Part shown: positions 30,001-45,000 of the stretch, one piece after another
Numbering within the stretch: the stretch's first letter is position 1
Layout: each line of letters opens with the position of its first letter
DNA from: Auanema rhodensis
Taxonomy: Eukaryota; Animalia; Nematoda
Reading direction: 5' to 3'
Assembly: GCA_964057225.1 (NCBI GenBank)
Contig: OZ059895.1
Span: 9,548,001 to 9,612,000 of the forward strand
Length of the DNA: 64,000 nt
Notes under the pieces: generated by a model
What the model was told of the DNA's origin: nothing
Seen by the model: the letters and a program-made list of their open reading frames with translations, nothing else
Databases searched by the model: none
Translations under genes and position numbers: made by a program

Positions 30001-33000
30001 AAATAAAATAGATGGAGTGAAATTGCTTGGAAAATATAAATCAGTTTCATGTTTCAGTTTTTGAGCATCACAATATTGAAATTTGAATGTTTTTTAATGA
30101 TTAAAAATTTAAAAAATGAAATTATGAAATAATGGTAGAAATATAAAATTGTTTAAAATATGGAATTGAATAAAATAGATGAAGTGAACTTGCTTGGAAA
30201 ATATAAATCAGTTTCATGTTTCAGTTTTTGGGCATCACAATATTGAAATTTGAATGTTTTTTAATGATTAAAAATTTAAAAAATGAAATTATGAAATAGT
30301 GGTAGAAATATAAAATTGTTTAAAATATGGAATTAAATAAAATAAATGGAGTGAAATTGCTTGGAAAATATAAATCAGTTTCATGTTTCAATTTTTGAGC
30401 ATCACAATATTGAAATTTGAATGTTTTTTTAATGATTAAAAATTTAAAAAATGAAATTATGAAATAGTGGTAAAAATATAAAATTGTTTAAAATATGGAA
30501 TTAAATAAAATAGATGAAGTGAACTTGCTTGGAAAATATAAATCAGTTTCATGTTTCAGTTTTTGAGCATCACAATATTGAAATTTGAATGTTTTTTTAA
30601 TGATTAAAAATTTAAAAAATGAAATTATGAAATAGTGGTAGAAATATAAAATTTTTTAGAATATGGAATTAAATAAAATAGATGGAGTGAAATTGCTTGG
30701 AAACTATAAATCAGTTTAATGTTTCAGTTTTTGAGCATCACAATATTGAAATTTGAATGTTTTTTTAATGATTAAAAATTTAAAAAAAGAAATTATGAAA
30801 TAGTGGTAGAAATATAAAATTGTTTAAAATATGGAATTAAATAAAATAGATGGAGTGAAATTGCTTGGAAAATATAAATCAGTTTCATGTTTCAATTTTT
30901 GAGCATCACAATATTGAAATTTGAATGTTTTTTAATGATTAAAAATTTAAAAAAAGAAATTATGAAATAGTGGTAGAAATATAAAATTGTTTAAAATATG
31001 GAATTAAATTAAATAGATGGAGTGAAATTGCTTGGAAAATATAAATCAGTTTCATGTTTCAATTTTTGAGCATCACAATATTGAAATTTGAATGTTTTTT
31101 AATGATTAAAAATTTAAAAAATGAAATTATGAAATAGTGGTAGAAATATAAAATTGTTTAAAATATGGAATTAAATAAAATAAATGAAGTGAAATTGCTT
31201 GGAAAATATAAATCAGTTTCATGTTTCAATTTTTGAGCATCACAATATTGAAATTTGAATGTTTTTTTAATGATTAAAAATTTAAAAAATGAAATTATGA
31301 AATAGTGGTAGAAATATAAAATTGTTTAGAATATGGAATTAAATAAAATAGATGGAGTGAAATTGCTTGGAAAATATAAATCAGTTTAATGTTTCAGTTT
31401 TTGAGCATCACAATTTTGAAATTTGAATGTTTTTTTAATGATTAAAAATTTAAAAAATGAAATTATGAAATAGTGGTAGAAATATAAAATTGTTCAAAAT
31501 ATGGAATTAAATAAAATAGATGGAGTGAAATTGCTTGGAAAATATAAATCAGTTTCATGTTTCAATTTTTGAGCATCACAATATTGAAATTTGAATGTTT
31601 TTTAATGATTAAAAATTTAAAAAATGAAATTATGAAATAATGGTAGAAATATAAAATTGTTTAAAATATGGAATTGAATAAAATAGATGAAGTGAACTTG
31701 CTTGGAAAATATAAATCAGTTTCATGTTTCAGTTTTTGGGCATCACAATATTGAAATTTGAATGTTTTTTAATGATTAAAAATTTAAAAAATGAAATTAT
31801 GAAATAGTGGTAGAAATATAAAATTGTTTAAAATATGGAATTAAATAAAATAAATGGAGTGAAATTGCTTGGAAAATATAAATCAGTTTCATGTTTCAAT
31901 TTTTGAGCATCACAATATTGAAATTTGAATGTTTTTTTAATGATTAAAAATTTAAAAAATGAAATTATGAAATAGTGGTAGAAATATAAAATTGTTTAGA
32001 ATATGGAATTAAATAAAATAGATGGAGTGAAATTGCTTGGAAAATATAAATCAGTTTCATGTTTCAATTTTTGAGCATCACAATATTGAAATTTAAATGT
32101 TTTTTAATGATTAAAAATTTAAAAAAGGAAATTATGAAATAGTGGTAGAAATATAAAATTGTTTAAAATATGGAATTAAATAAAATAGATGAAGTGAACT
32201 TGCTTGGAAAATATAAATCAGTTTCATGTTTCAGTTTTTGAGCATCACAATATTGAAATTTGAATGTTTTTTTAATGATTAAAAATTTAAAAAATGAAAT
32301 TATGAAATAGTGGTAGAAATATAAAATTGTTTAGAATATGGAATTAAATAAAATAGATGGAGTGAAATTGCTTGGAAAATATAAATCAGTTTCATGTTTC
32401 AATTTTTGAGCATCACAATATTGAAATTTAAATGTTTTTTAATGATTAAAAATTTAAAAAAGGAAATTATGAAATAGTGGTAGAAATATAAAATTGTTTA
32501 AAATATGGAATTAAATAAAATAGATGAAGTGAACTTGCTTGGAAAATATAAATCAGTTTCATGTTTCAATTTTTGAGCATCACAATATTGAAATTTAAAT
32601 GTTTTTTAATGATTAAAAATTTAAAAAATGAAATTATGAAATAGTGGTAGAAATATAAAATTGTTTAAAATATGGAATTAAATAAAATAAATGGAGTGAA
32701 ATTGCTTGGAAAATATAAATCAGTTTCATGTTTCAATTTTTGAGCATCACAATATTGAAATTTAAATGTTTTTTAATGATTAAAAATTTAAAAAAGGAAA
32801 TTATGAAATAGTGGTAGAAATATAAAATTGTTTAAAATATGGAATTAAATAAAATAGATGAAGTGAACTTGCTTGGAAAATATAAATCAGTTTCATGTTT
32901 CAATTTTTGAGCATCACAATATTGAAATTTAAATGTTTTTTAATGATTAAAAATTTAAAAAATGAAATTATGAAATAGTGGTAGAAATATAAAATTGTTT

Positions 33001-36000
33001 AGAATATGGAATTAAATAAAATAGATGGAGTGAAATTGCTTGGAAAATATAAATCAGTTTCATGTTTCAATTTTTGAGCATCACAATATTGAAATTTAAA
33101 TGTTTTTTAATGATTAAAAATTTAAAAAAGGAAATTATGAAATAGTGGTAGAAATATAAAATTGTTTAAAATATGGAATTAAATAAAATAGATGAAGTGA
33201 ACTTGCTTGGAAAATATAAATCAGTTTCATGTTTCAATTTTTGAGCATCACAATATTGAAATTTAAATGTTTTTTAATGATTAAAAATTTAAAAAAAGAA
33301 ATTATGAAATAGTGGTAGAAATATAAAATTGTTTAAAATATGGAATTAAATAAAATAGATGGAGTGAAATTGCTTGGAAAATATAAATCAGTTTCATGTT
33401 TCAATTTTTGAGCATCACAATATTGAAATTTGAATGTTTTTTAATGATTAAAAATTTAAAAAATGAAATTATGAAATAGTGGTAGAAATATAAAATTGTT
33501 TAAAATATGGAATTAAATAAAATAGATGGAGTGAAATTGCTTGGAAAATATAAATCAGTTTCATGTTTCAGTTTTTGAGCATCACAATATTGAAATTTGA
33601 ATGTTTTTTAATGATTAAAAATTTAAAAAATGAAATTATGAAATAATGGTAGAAATATAAAATTGTTTAAAATATGGAATTGAATAAAATAGATGAAGTG
33701 AACTTGCTTGGAAAATATAAATCAGTTTCATGTTTCAGTTTTTGGGCATCACAATATTGAAATTTGAATGTTTTTTAATGATTAAAAATTTAAAAAATGA
33801 AATTATGAAATAGTGGTAGAAATATAAAATTGTTTAAAATATGGAATTAAATAAAATAAATGGAGTGAAATTGCTTGGAAAATATAAATCAGTTTCATGT
33901 TTCAATTTTTGAGCATCACAATATTGAAATTTGAATGTTTTTTTAATGATTAAAAATTTAAAAAATGAAATTATGAAATAGTGGTAAAAATATAAAATTG
34001 TTTAAAATATGGAATTAAATAAAATAGATGAAGTGAACTTGCTTGGAAAATATAAATCAGTTTCATGTTTCAGTTTTTGAGCATCACAATATTGAAATTT
34101 GAATGTTTTTTTAATGATTAAAAATTTAAAAAATGAAATTATGAAATAGTGGTAGAAATATAAAATTTTTTAGAATATGGAATTAAATAAAATAGATGGA
34201 GTGAAATTGCTTGGAAACTATAAATCAGTTTAATGTTTCAGTTTTTGAGCATCACAATATTGAAATTTGAATGTTTTTTTAATGATTAAAAATTAAAAAA
34301 ATGAAATTATGAAATAGTGGTAAAAATATAAAATTGTTTGAAATATGGAATTAAATAAAATAGATGAAGTGAACTTGCTTGGAAAATATAAATCAGTTTC
34401 ATGTTTCAGTTTTTGAGCATCACAATATTGAAATTTGAATGTTTTTTAATGATTAAAAATTTAAAAAATGAAATTATGAAATAGTGGAAGAAATATAAAA
34501 TTGTTTAAAATATGGAATTAAATAAAATAGATGAAGTGAAATTGCTTGGAAAATATAAATCAGTTTCATGTTTCAGTTTTTGAGCATCACAATATTGAAA
34601 TTTGAATGTTTTTTAATGATTAAAAATTTAAAAAATGAAATTATGAAATAATGGTAGAAATATAAAATTGTTTAAAATATGGAATTGAATAAAATAGATG
34701 AAGTGAACTTGCTTGGAAAATATAAATCAGTTTCATGTTTTAGTTTTTGAGCATCACAATATTGAAATTTAAATGTTTTTTAATGATTAAAAATTTAAAA
34801 AATGAAATTATGAAATAGTGGTAGAAATATAAAATTGTTTAAAATATGGAATTGAATAAAATAGATGAAGTGAACTTGCTTGGAAAATATAAATCAGTTT
34901 CATGTTTTAGTTTTTGAGCATCACAATATTGAAATTTAAATGTTTTTTAATGATTAAAAATTTAAAAAATGAAATTATGAAATAGTGGTAGAAATATAAA
35001 ATTGTTTAAAATATGGAATTAAATAAAATAGATGAAGTAAACTAGCTTGGAAAATATAAATCAGTTTCATGTTTTAGTTTTTGAGCATCATAATATTGAA
35101 ATTTGAATGTTTTTTAATGATTAAAAATTTAAAAAATGAAATTATGAAATAGTGGTAGGAATATAAAATTGTTTAAAATATGGAATTGAATAAAATAGAT
35201 GAAGTGAACTTGCTTGGAAAATATAAATCAGTTTCATGTTTTAGTTTTTGAGCATCACAATATTGAAATTTAAATGTTTTTTAATGATTAAAAATTTAAA
35301 AAATGAAATTATGAAATAGTGGTAGAAATATAAAATTGTTTAAAATATGGAATTAAATAAAATAGATGAAGTGAACTTGCTTGGAAAATATAAATCAGTT
35401 TCATGTTTTAGTTTTTGAGCATCACAATATTGAAATTTAAATGTTTTTTAATGATTAAAAATTTAAAAAATGAAATTATGAAATAGTGGTAGGAATATAA
35501 AATTGTTTAAAATATGGAATTGAATAAAATAGATGAAGTGAACTTGCTTGGAAAATATAAATCAGTTTCATGTTTTAGTTTTTGAGCATCATAATATTGA
35601 AATTTGAATGTTTTTTAATGATTAAAAATTTAAAAAATGAAATTATGAAATAGTGGTAGAAATATAAAATTGTTTAAAATATGGAATTAAATAAAATAGA
35701 TGAAGTGAACTTGCTTGGAAAATATAAATCAGTTTCATGTTTCAGTTTTTGAGCATCACAATATTGAAATTTGAATGTTTTTTAATGATTAAAAATTTAA
35801 AAAATGAAATTATGAAATAGTGGAAGAAATATAAAATTGTTTAAAATATGGAATTAAATAAAATAGATGAAGTGAAATTGCTTGGAAAATATAAATCAGT
35901 TTCATGTTTTAGTTTTTGAGCATCATAATATTGAAATTTGAATGTTTTTTAATGATTAAAAATTTAAAAAATGAAATTATGAAATAGTGGTAGAAATATA

Positions 36001-39000
36001 AAATTGTTTAAAATATGGAATTAAATAAAATAGATGAAGTGAACTTGCTTGGAAAATATAAATCAGTTTCATGTTTCAGTTTTTGAGCATCACAATATTG
36101 AAATTTGAATGTTTTTTAATGATTAAAAATTTAAAAAATGAAATTATGAAATAGTGGAAGAAATATAAAATTGTTTAAAATATGGAATTAAATAAAATAG
36201 ATGAAGTGAAATTGCTTGGAAAATATAAATCAGTTTCATGTTTCAGTTTTTGAGCATCACAATATTGAAATTTGAATGTTTTTTAATGATTAAAAATTTA
36301 AAAAATGAAATTATGAAATAATGGTAGAAATATAAAATTGTTTAAAATATGGAATTGAATAAAATAGATGAAGTGAACTTGCTTGGAAAATATAAATCAG
36401 TTTCATGTTTTAGTTTTTGAGCATCACAATATTGAAATTTAAATGTTTTTTAATGATTAAAAATTTAAAAAATGAAATTATGAAATAGTGGTAGAAATAT
36501 AAAATTGTTTAAAATATGGAATTGAATAAAATAGATGAAGTGAACTTGCTTGGAAAATATAAATCAGTTTCATGTTTTAGTTTTTGAGCATCACAATATT
36601 GAAATTTAAATGTTTTTTAATGATTAAAAATTTAAAAAATGAAATTATGAAATAGTGGTAGAAATATAAAATTGTTTAAAATATGGAATTAAATAAAATA
36701 GATGAAGTAAACTAGCTTGGAAAATATAAATCAGTTTCATGTTTTAGTTTTTGAGCATCATAATATTGAAATTTGAATGTTTTTTAATGATTAAAAATTT
36801 AAAAAATGAAATTATGAAATAGTGGTAGGAATATAAAATTGTTTAAAATATGGAATTGAATAAAATAGATGAAGTGAACTTGCTTGGAAAATATAAATCA
36901 GTTTCATGTTTTAGTTTTTGAGCATCACAATATTGAAATTTAAATGTTTTTTAATGATTAAAAATTTAAAAAATGAAATTATGAAATAGTGGTAGAAATA
37001 TAAAATTGTTTAAAATATGGAATTAAATAAAATAGATGAAGTGAACTTGCTTGGAAAATATAAATCAGTTTCATGTTTTAGTTTTTGAGCATCACAATAT
37101 TGAAATTTAAATGTTTTTTAATGATTAAAAATTTAAAAAATGAAATTATGAAATAGTGGTAGGAATATAAAATTGTTTAAAATATGGAATTGAATAAAAT
37201 AGATGAAGTGAACTTGCTTGGAAAATATAAATCAGTTTCATGTTTTAGTTTTTGAGCATCATAATATTGAAATTTGAATGTTTTTTAATGATTAAAAATT
37301 TAAAAAATGAAATTATGAAATAGTGGTAGAAATATAAAATTGTTTAAAATATGGAATTAAATAAAATAGATGAAGTGAACTTGCTTGGAAAATATAAATC
37401 AGTTTCATGTTTTAGTTTTTGAGCATCACAATATTGAAATTTAAATGTTTTTTAATGATTAAAAATTTAAAAAATGAAATTATGAAATAATGGTAGAAAT
37501 ATAAAATTGTTTAAAATATGGAATTGAATAAAATAGATGAAGTGAACTTGCTTGGAAAATATAAATCAGTTTCATGTTTTAGTTTTTGAGCATCACAATA
37601 TTGAAATTTAAATGTTTTTTAATGATTAAAAATTTAAAAAATGAAATTATGAAATAGTGGTAGAAATATAAAATTGTTTAAAATATGGAATTGAAAAAAA
37701 TAGATGAAGTGAACTTGCTTGGAAAATATAAATCAGTTTCATGTTTTAGTTTTTGAGCATCACAATATTGAAATTTGAATGTTTTTTAATGATTAAAAAT
37801 TTAAAAAATGAAATTATGAAATAGTGGTAGAAATATAAAATTGTTTAAAATATGGAATTGAATAAAATAGATGAAGTGAACTTGCTTGGAAAATATAAAT
37901 CAGTTTCATGTTTTAGTTTTTGAGCATCACAATATTGAAATTTAAATGTTTTTTAATGATTAAAAATTTAAAAAATGAAATTATGAAATAGTGGTAGAAA
38001 TATAAAATTGTTTAAAATATGGAATTAAATAAAATAGATGAAGTAAACTTGCTTGGAAAATATAAATCAGTTTCATGTTTTAGTTTTTGAGCATCATAAT
38101 ATTGAAATTTGAATGTTTTTTAATGATTAAAAATTTAAAAAATGAAATTATGAAATAGTGGTAGGAATATAAAATTGTTTAAAATATGGAATTGAATAAA
38201 ATAGATGAAGTGAACTTGCTTGGAAAATATAAATCAGTTTCATGTTTTAGTTTTTGAGCATCACAATTTTGAAATTTAAATGTTTTTTAATGATTAAAAA
38301 TTTAAAAAATGAAATTATGAAATAGTGGTAGAAATATAAAATTGTTTAAAATATGGAATTAAATAAAATAGATGAAGTGAACTTGCTTGGAAAATATAAA
38401 TCAGGTTCATGTTTCAGTTTTTGAGCATCACAATATTGAAATTTGAATGTTTTTTGATGATTAAAAATTTAAAAAATGAAATTATGAAATAGTGGTAGAA
38501 ATATAAAATTGTTCAAAATATGGAATTAAATAAAATAGATGGAGTAAACTTGCTTGGAAAATATAAATCAGTTTCATGTTTTAGTTTTTGAGCATCATAA
38601 TATTGAAATTTGAATGTTTTTTAATGATTAAAAATTTAAAAAATGAAATTATGAAATAGTGGTAGAAATATAAAATTGTTTAAAATATGGAATTAAATAA
38701 AATAGATGGAGTGAAATTGCTTGGAAAATATAAATCAGTTTCATGTTTCAGTTTTTGAGCATCACAATATTGAAATTTGAATGTTTTTTAATGATTAAAA
38801 ATTTAAAAAATGAAATTATGAAATAGTGGTAGAAATATAAAATTGTTTAAAATATGGAATTAAATAAAATAGATGAAGTAAACTTGCTTGGAAAATATAA
38901 ATCAGTTTCATGTTTTAGTTTTTGAGCATCATAATATTGAAATTTGAATGTTTTTTAATGATTAAAAATTTAAAAAATGAAATTATGAAATAGTGGTAGG

Positions 39001-42000
39001 AATATAAAATTGTTTAAAATATGGAATTGAATAAAATAGATGAAGTGAACTTGCTTGGAAAATATAAATCAGTTTCATGTTTTAGTTTTTGAGCATCACA
39101 ATATTGAAATTTAAATGTTTTTTAATGATTAAAAATTTAAAAAATGAAATTATGAAATAGTGGTAGAAATATAAAATTGTTTAAATTATGGAATTAAATA
39201 AAATAGATGAAGTGAACTTGCTTGGAAAATATAAATCAGTTTCATGTTTCAGTTTTTGAGCATCACAATATTGAAATTTGAATGTTTTTTAATGATTAAA
39301 AATTTAAAAAATGAAATTATGAAATAGTGGTAGAAATATAAAATTGTTCAAAATATGGAATTAAATAAAATAGATGGAGTAAACTTGCTTGGAAAATATA
39401 AATCAGTTTCATGTTTTAGTTTTTGAGCATCATAATATTGAAATTTGAATGTTTTTTAATGATTAAAAATTTAAAAAATGAAATTATGAAATAGTGGTAG
39501 GAATATAAAATTGTTTAAAATATGGAATTGAATAAAATAGATGAAGTGAACTTGCTTGGAAAATATAAATCAGTTTCATGTTTTAGTTTTTGAGCATCAC
39601 AATATTGAAATTTAAATGTTTTTTAATGATTAAAAATTTAAAAAATGAAATTATGAAATAGTGGTAGAAATATAAAATTGTTTAAAATATGGAATTAAAT
39701 AAAATAGATGAAGTGAACTTGCTTGGAAAACATAAATCAGTTTCATGTTTCAGTTTTTGAGCATCACAATATTGAAATTTGAATGTTTTTTAATGATTAA
39801 AAATTTAAAAAATGAAATTATGAAATAATGGTAGAAATATAAAATTGTTTAAAATATGGAATTGAATAAAATAGATGAAGTGAACTTGCTTGGAAAATAT
39901 AAATCAGTTTCATGTTTTAGTTTTTGAGCATCACAATATTGAAATTTAAATGTTTTTTAATGATTAAAAATTTAAAAAATGAAATTATGAAATAGTGGTA
40001 GAAATATAAAATTGTTTAAAATATGGAATTGAATAAAATAGATGAAGTGAACTTGCTTGGAAAATATAAATCAGTTTCATGTTTTAGTTTTTGAGCATCA
40101 CAATATTGAAATTTAAATGTTTTTTAATGATTAAAAATTTAAAAAATGAAATTATGAAATAGTGGTAGAACTATAAAATTGTTTAAAATATGGAATTAAA
40201 TAAAATAGATAAAGTGAACTTGCTTGGAAAATATAAATCAGTTTCATGTTTCAGTTTTTGAGCATCACAATATTGAAATTTGAATGTTTTTTTAATGATT
40301 AAAAATTTAAAAAATGAAATTATGAAATAGTGGTAGAAAAATAAAATTGTTTAAAATATGGAATTAAATAAAATAAATGGAGTGAAATTGCTTGGAAAAT
40401 ATAAATCAGTTTAATGTTTCAGTTTTTGAGCATCACAATATTGAAATTTAAATGTTTTTTTAATGATTAAAAATTTAAAAAATGAAATTATGAAATAGTG
40501 GTAGAAATATAAAATTGTTCAAAATATGGAATTAAATAAAATAGATGGAGTGAAATTGCTTGAAAAATATGAATCAGTTTCATGTTTCAATTTTTGAGCA
40601 TCACAATATTGAAATTTAAATGTTTTTTAATGATTAAAAATTTAAAAAAGGAAATTATGAAATAGTGGTAGAAATATAAAATTGTTTAAAATATGGAATT
40701 AAATAAAATAGATGAAGTGAACTTGCTTGGAAAATATAAATCAGTTTCATGTTTCAATTTTTGAGCATCACAATATTGAAATTTAAATGTTTTTTAATGA
40801 TTAAAAATTTAAAAAAGGAAATTATGAAATAGTGGTAGAAATATAAAATTGTTTAAAATATGGAATTAAATAAAATAGATGAAGTGAACTTGCTTGGAAA
40901 ATATAAATCAGTTTCATGTTTCAATTTTTGAGCATCACAATATTGAAATTTAAATGTTTTTTAATGATTAAAAATTTAAAAAATGAAATTATGAAATAGT
41001 GGTAGAAATATAAAATTGTTTAAAATATGGAATTAAATAAAATAGATGGAGTGAAATTGCTTGGAAAATATAAATCAGTTTCATGTTTCAGTTTTTGAGC
41101 ATCACAATATTGAAATTTGAATGTTTTTTAATGATTAAAAATTTAAAAAATGAAATTATGAAATAGTGGTAGAAATATAAAATTGTTTAAAATATGGAAT
41201 TAAATAAAATAGATGGAGTGAAATTGCTTGGAAAATATAAATCAGTTTCATGTTTCAGTTTTTGAGCATCACAATATTGAAATTTGAATGTTTTTTAATG
41301 ATTAAAAATTTAAAAAATGAAATTATGAAATAGTGGTAGAAATATAAAATTGTTTAAAATATGGAATAAAAAAAAATAGATGAAGTGAACTTGCTTGGAG
41401 AATATAAATCAGTTTCATGTTTCAGTTTTTGAGCATCACAATATTGAAATTTAAATGTTTTTTAATGATTAAAAATTTAAAAAATGAAATTATGAAATAG
41501 TGGTAGAAATATAAAATTGTTTAAAATATGGAATTAAATAAAATAGATGGAGTGAAATTGCTTGGAAAATATAAATCAGTTTCATGTTTCAATTTTTGAG
41601 CATCACAATATTAAAATTTAAATGATTTTTAATGATTAAAAATTCAAAGAATGAAATTATGAAATAATGGTAGAAATATGAAATTGTTTAAAATATGGAA
41701 TTAAATAAAATAGATGGAGTGAAATTGCTTGGAAAATATAAATCAGTTTCATGTTTCAGTTTTTGAGCATCACAATATTGCAATTTGAATGTTTTTTAAT
41801 GATTAAAAATTTAAAAAATGAAATTATGAAATAGTGGTAGAAATATAAAATTGTTTAAAATATGGAATTAAATAAAATAGATGGAGTGAAATTGCTTGGA
41901 AAATATAAATCAGTTTCATGTTTCAGTTTTTGAGCATCACAATATTGAAATTTAAATGCTTTTTAATGATTAAAAATTTAATGAACGAAATTATGAAAAA

Positions 42001-45000
42001 GTGATAGAAATTTAAATTTGTCTAAGATATGTGATTAAATAAAATAGATGGGGTGAAATTGCTTGGAAAATATAAATCAGTTTCATGTTTCAGTTTTTGA
42101 GCATCACAATATTGAAATTTAAATGTTTTTTAATGATTAAAAATTTAAAAAATGAAATTATGAAATAGTGGTAGAAATATAAAATTGTTTAAATTATGGA
42201 ATTAAATAAAATAGATGAAGTGAACTTGCTTGGAGAATATAAATCAGTTTCATGTTTCAGTTTTTGAGCATCACAATATTGAAATTTAAATGTTTTTTAA
42301 TGATTAAAAATTTAAAAAATGAAATTATGAAATAGTGGTAGAAATATAAAATTGTTTAAAATATGGAATTAAATAAAATAGATGGAGTGAAATTGCTTGG
42401 AAAATATAAATCAGTTTCATGTTTCAGTTTTTGAGCATCACAATATTGAAATTTGAATGTTTTTTAATGATTAAAAATTTAAAAAATGAAATTATGAAAT
42501 AGTGGTAGAAATATAAAATTGTTTAAAATATGGAATTAAATAAAATAGATGGAGTGAAATTGCTTGGAAAATATAAATCAGTTTCATGTTTCAGTTTTTG
42601 AGCATCACAATATTGAAATTTGAATGTTTTTTAATGATTAAAAATTTAAAAAATGAAATTATGAAATAGTGGTAGAAATATAAAATTGTTTAAAATATGG
42701 AATTAAATAAAATAGATGAAGTGAACTTGCTTGGAGAATATAAATCAGTTTCATGTTTCAGTTTTTGAGCATCACAATATTGAAATTTGAATGTTTTTTA
42801 ATGATTAAAAATTTAAAAAATGAAATTATGAAATAGTGGTAGAAATATAAAATTGTTTAAAATATGGAATTAAATAAAATAGATGAAGTGAAATTGCTTG
42901 GAAAATATAAATCAGATTCATGTTTCAGTTTTTGAGCATCACAATATTGAAATTTAAATGTTTTTTAATGATTAAAAATTTAAAAAATGAAATTATGAAA
43001 TAGTGGTAGAAATATAAAATTGTTTAAAATATGGAATTAAATAAAATAGATGAAGTGAAATTGCTTGGAGAATATAAATCAGTTTCATGTTTCAGTTTTT
43101 GAGAATCACAATATTGAAATTTAAATGTTTTTTAATGATTAAAAATTTAAAAAATGAAATTATGAAATAGTGGTAGAAATATAAAATTGTTTAAAATATG
43201 GAATTAAATAAAATAGATGGAGTGAAATTGCTTGGAAAATATAAATCAGTTTCATGTTTCAGTTTTTGAGCATCACAATATTGAAATTTGAATGTTTTTT
43301 AATGATTAAAAATTTAAAAAATGAAATTATGAAATAGTGGTAGAAATATAAAATTGTTTAAAATATGGAATTAAATAAAATAGATGGAGTGAAATTGCTT
43401 GGAAAATATAAATCAGTTTCATGTTTCAGTTTTTGAGCATCACAATATTGAAATTTGAATGTTTTTTAATGATTAAAAATTTAAAAAATGAAATTATGAA
43501 ATAGTGGTAGAAATATAAAATTGTTTAAAATATGGAATTAAATAAAATAGATGAAGTGAACTTGCTTGGAGAATATAAATCAGTTTCATGTTTCAGTTTT
43601 TGAGCATCACAATATTGAAATTTGAATGTTTTTTAATGATTAAAAATTTAAAAAATGAAATTATGAAATAGTGGTAGAAATATAAAATTGTTTAAAATAT
43701 GGAATTAAATAAAATAGATGAAGTGAAATTGCTTGGAAAATATAAATCAGATTCATGTTTCAGTTTTTGAGCATCACAATATTGAAATTTGAATGTTTTT
43801 TAATGATTAAAAATTTAAAAAATGAAATTATGAAATAGTGGTAGAAATATAAAATTGTTTAAAATATGGAATTAAATAAAATATATGAAGTGAACTTGCT
43901 TGGAAAATATAAATCAGTTTCATGTTTCAATTTTTGAGCATCACAATATTGAAATTTAAATGTTTTTTAATGATTAAAAATTTAAAAAATGAAATTATGA
44001 AATAGTGGTAGAAATATAAAATTGTTTAAAATATGGAATTAAATAAAATAGATGGAGTGAAATTGCTTGGAAAATATAAATCAGTTTCATGTTTCAGTTT
44101 TTGAGCATCACAATATTGAAATTTGAATGTTTTTTAATGATTAAAAATTTAAAAAATGAAATTATGAAATAGTGGTAGGAATATAAAATTGTTTAAAATA
44201 TGGAATTGAATAAAATAGATGGAGTGAACTTGCTTGGAAAATATAAATCAGTTTCATGTTTTAGTTTTTGAGCATCACAATATTGAAATTTAAATGTTTT
44301 TTAATGATTAAAAATTTAAAAAATGAAATTATGAAATAGTGGTAGAAATATAAAATTGTTTAAAATATGGAATAAAAAAAAATAGATGAAGTGAACTTGC
44401 TTGGAGAATATAAATCAGTTTCATGTTTCAGTTTTTGAGCATCACAATATTGAAATTTAAATGTTTTTTAATGATTAAAAATTTAAAAAATGAAATTATG
44501 AAATAGTGGTAGAAATATAAAATTGTTTAAAATATGGAATTAAATAAAATAGATGGAGTGAAATTGCTTGGAAAATATAAATCAGTTTCATGTTTCAATT
44601 TTTGAGCATCACAATATTAAAATTTAAATGATTTTTAATGATTAAAAATTTAAAGAATGAAATTATGAAATAATGGTAGAAATATGAAATTGTTTAAAAT
44701 ATGGAATCAAATAAAATAGATGGAGTGAAATTGCTTGGAAAATATAAATCAGTTTCATGTTTCAGTTTTTGAGCATCACAATATTGAAATTTGAATGTTT
44801 TTTAATGATTAAAAATTTAAAAAATGAAATTATGAAATAGTGGTAGAAATATAAAATTGTTTAAAATATGGAATTAAATAAAATAGATGGAGTGAAATTG
44901 CTTGGAAAATATAAATCAGTTTCATGTTTCAGTTTTTGAGCATCACAATATTGAAATTTGAATGTTTTTTAATGATTAAAAATTTAAAAAATGAAATTAT

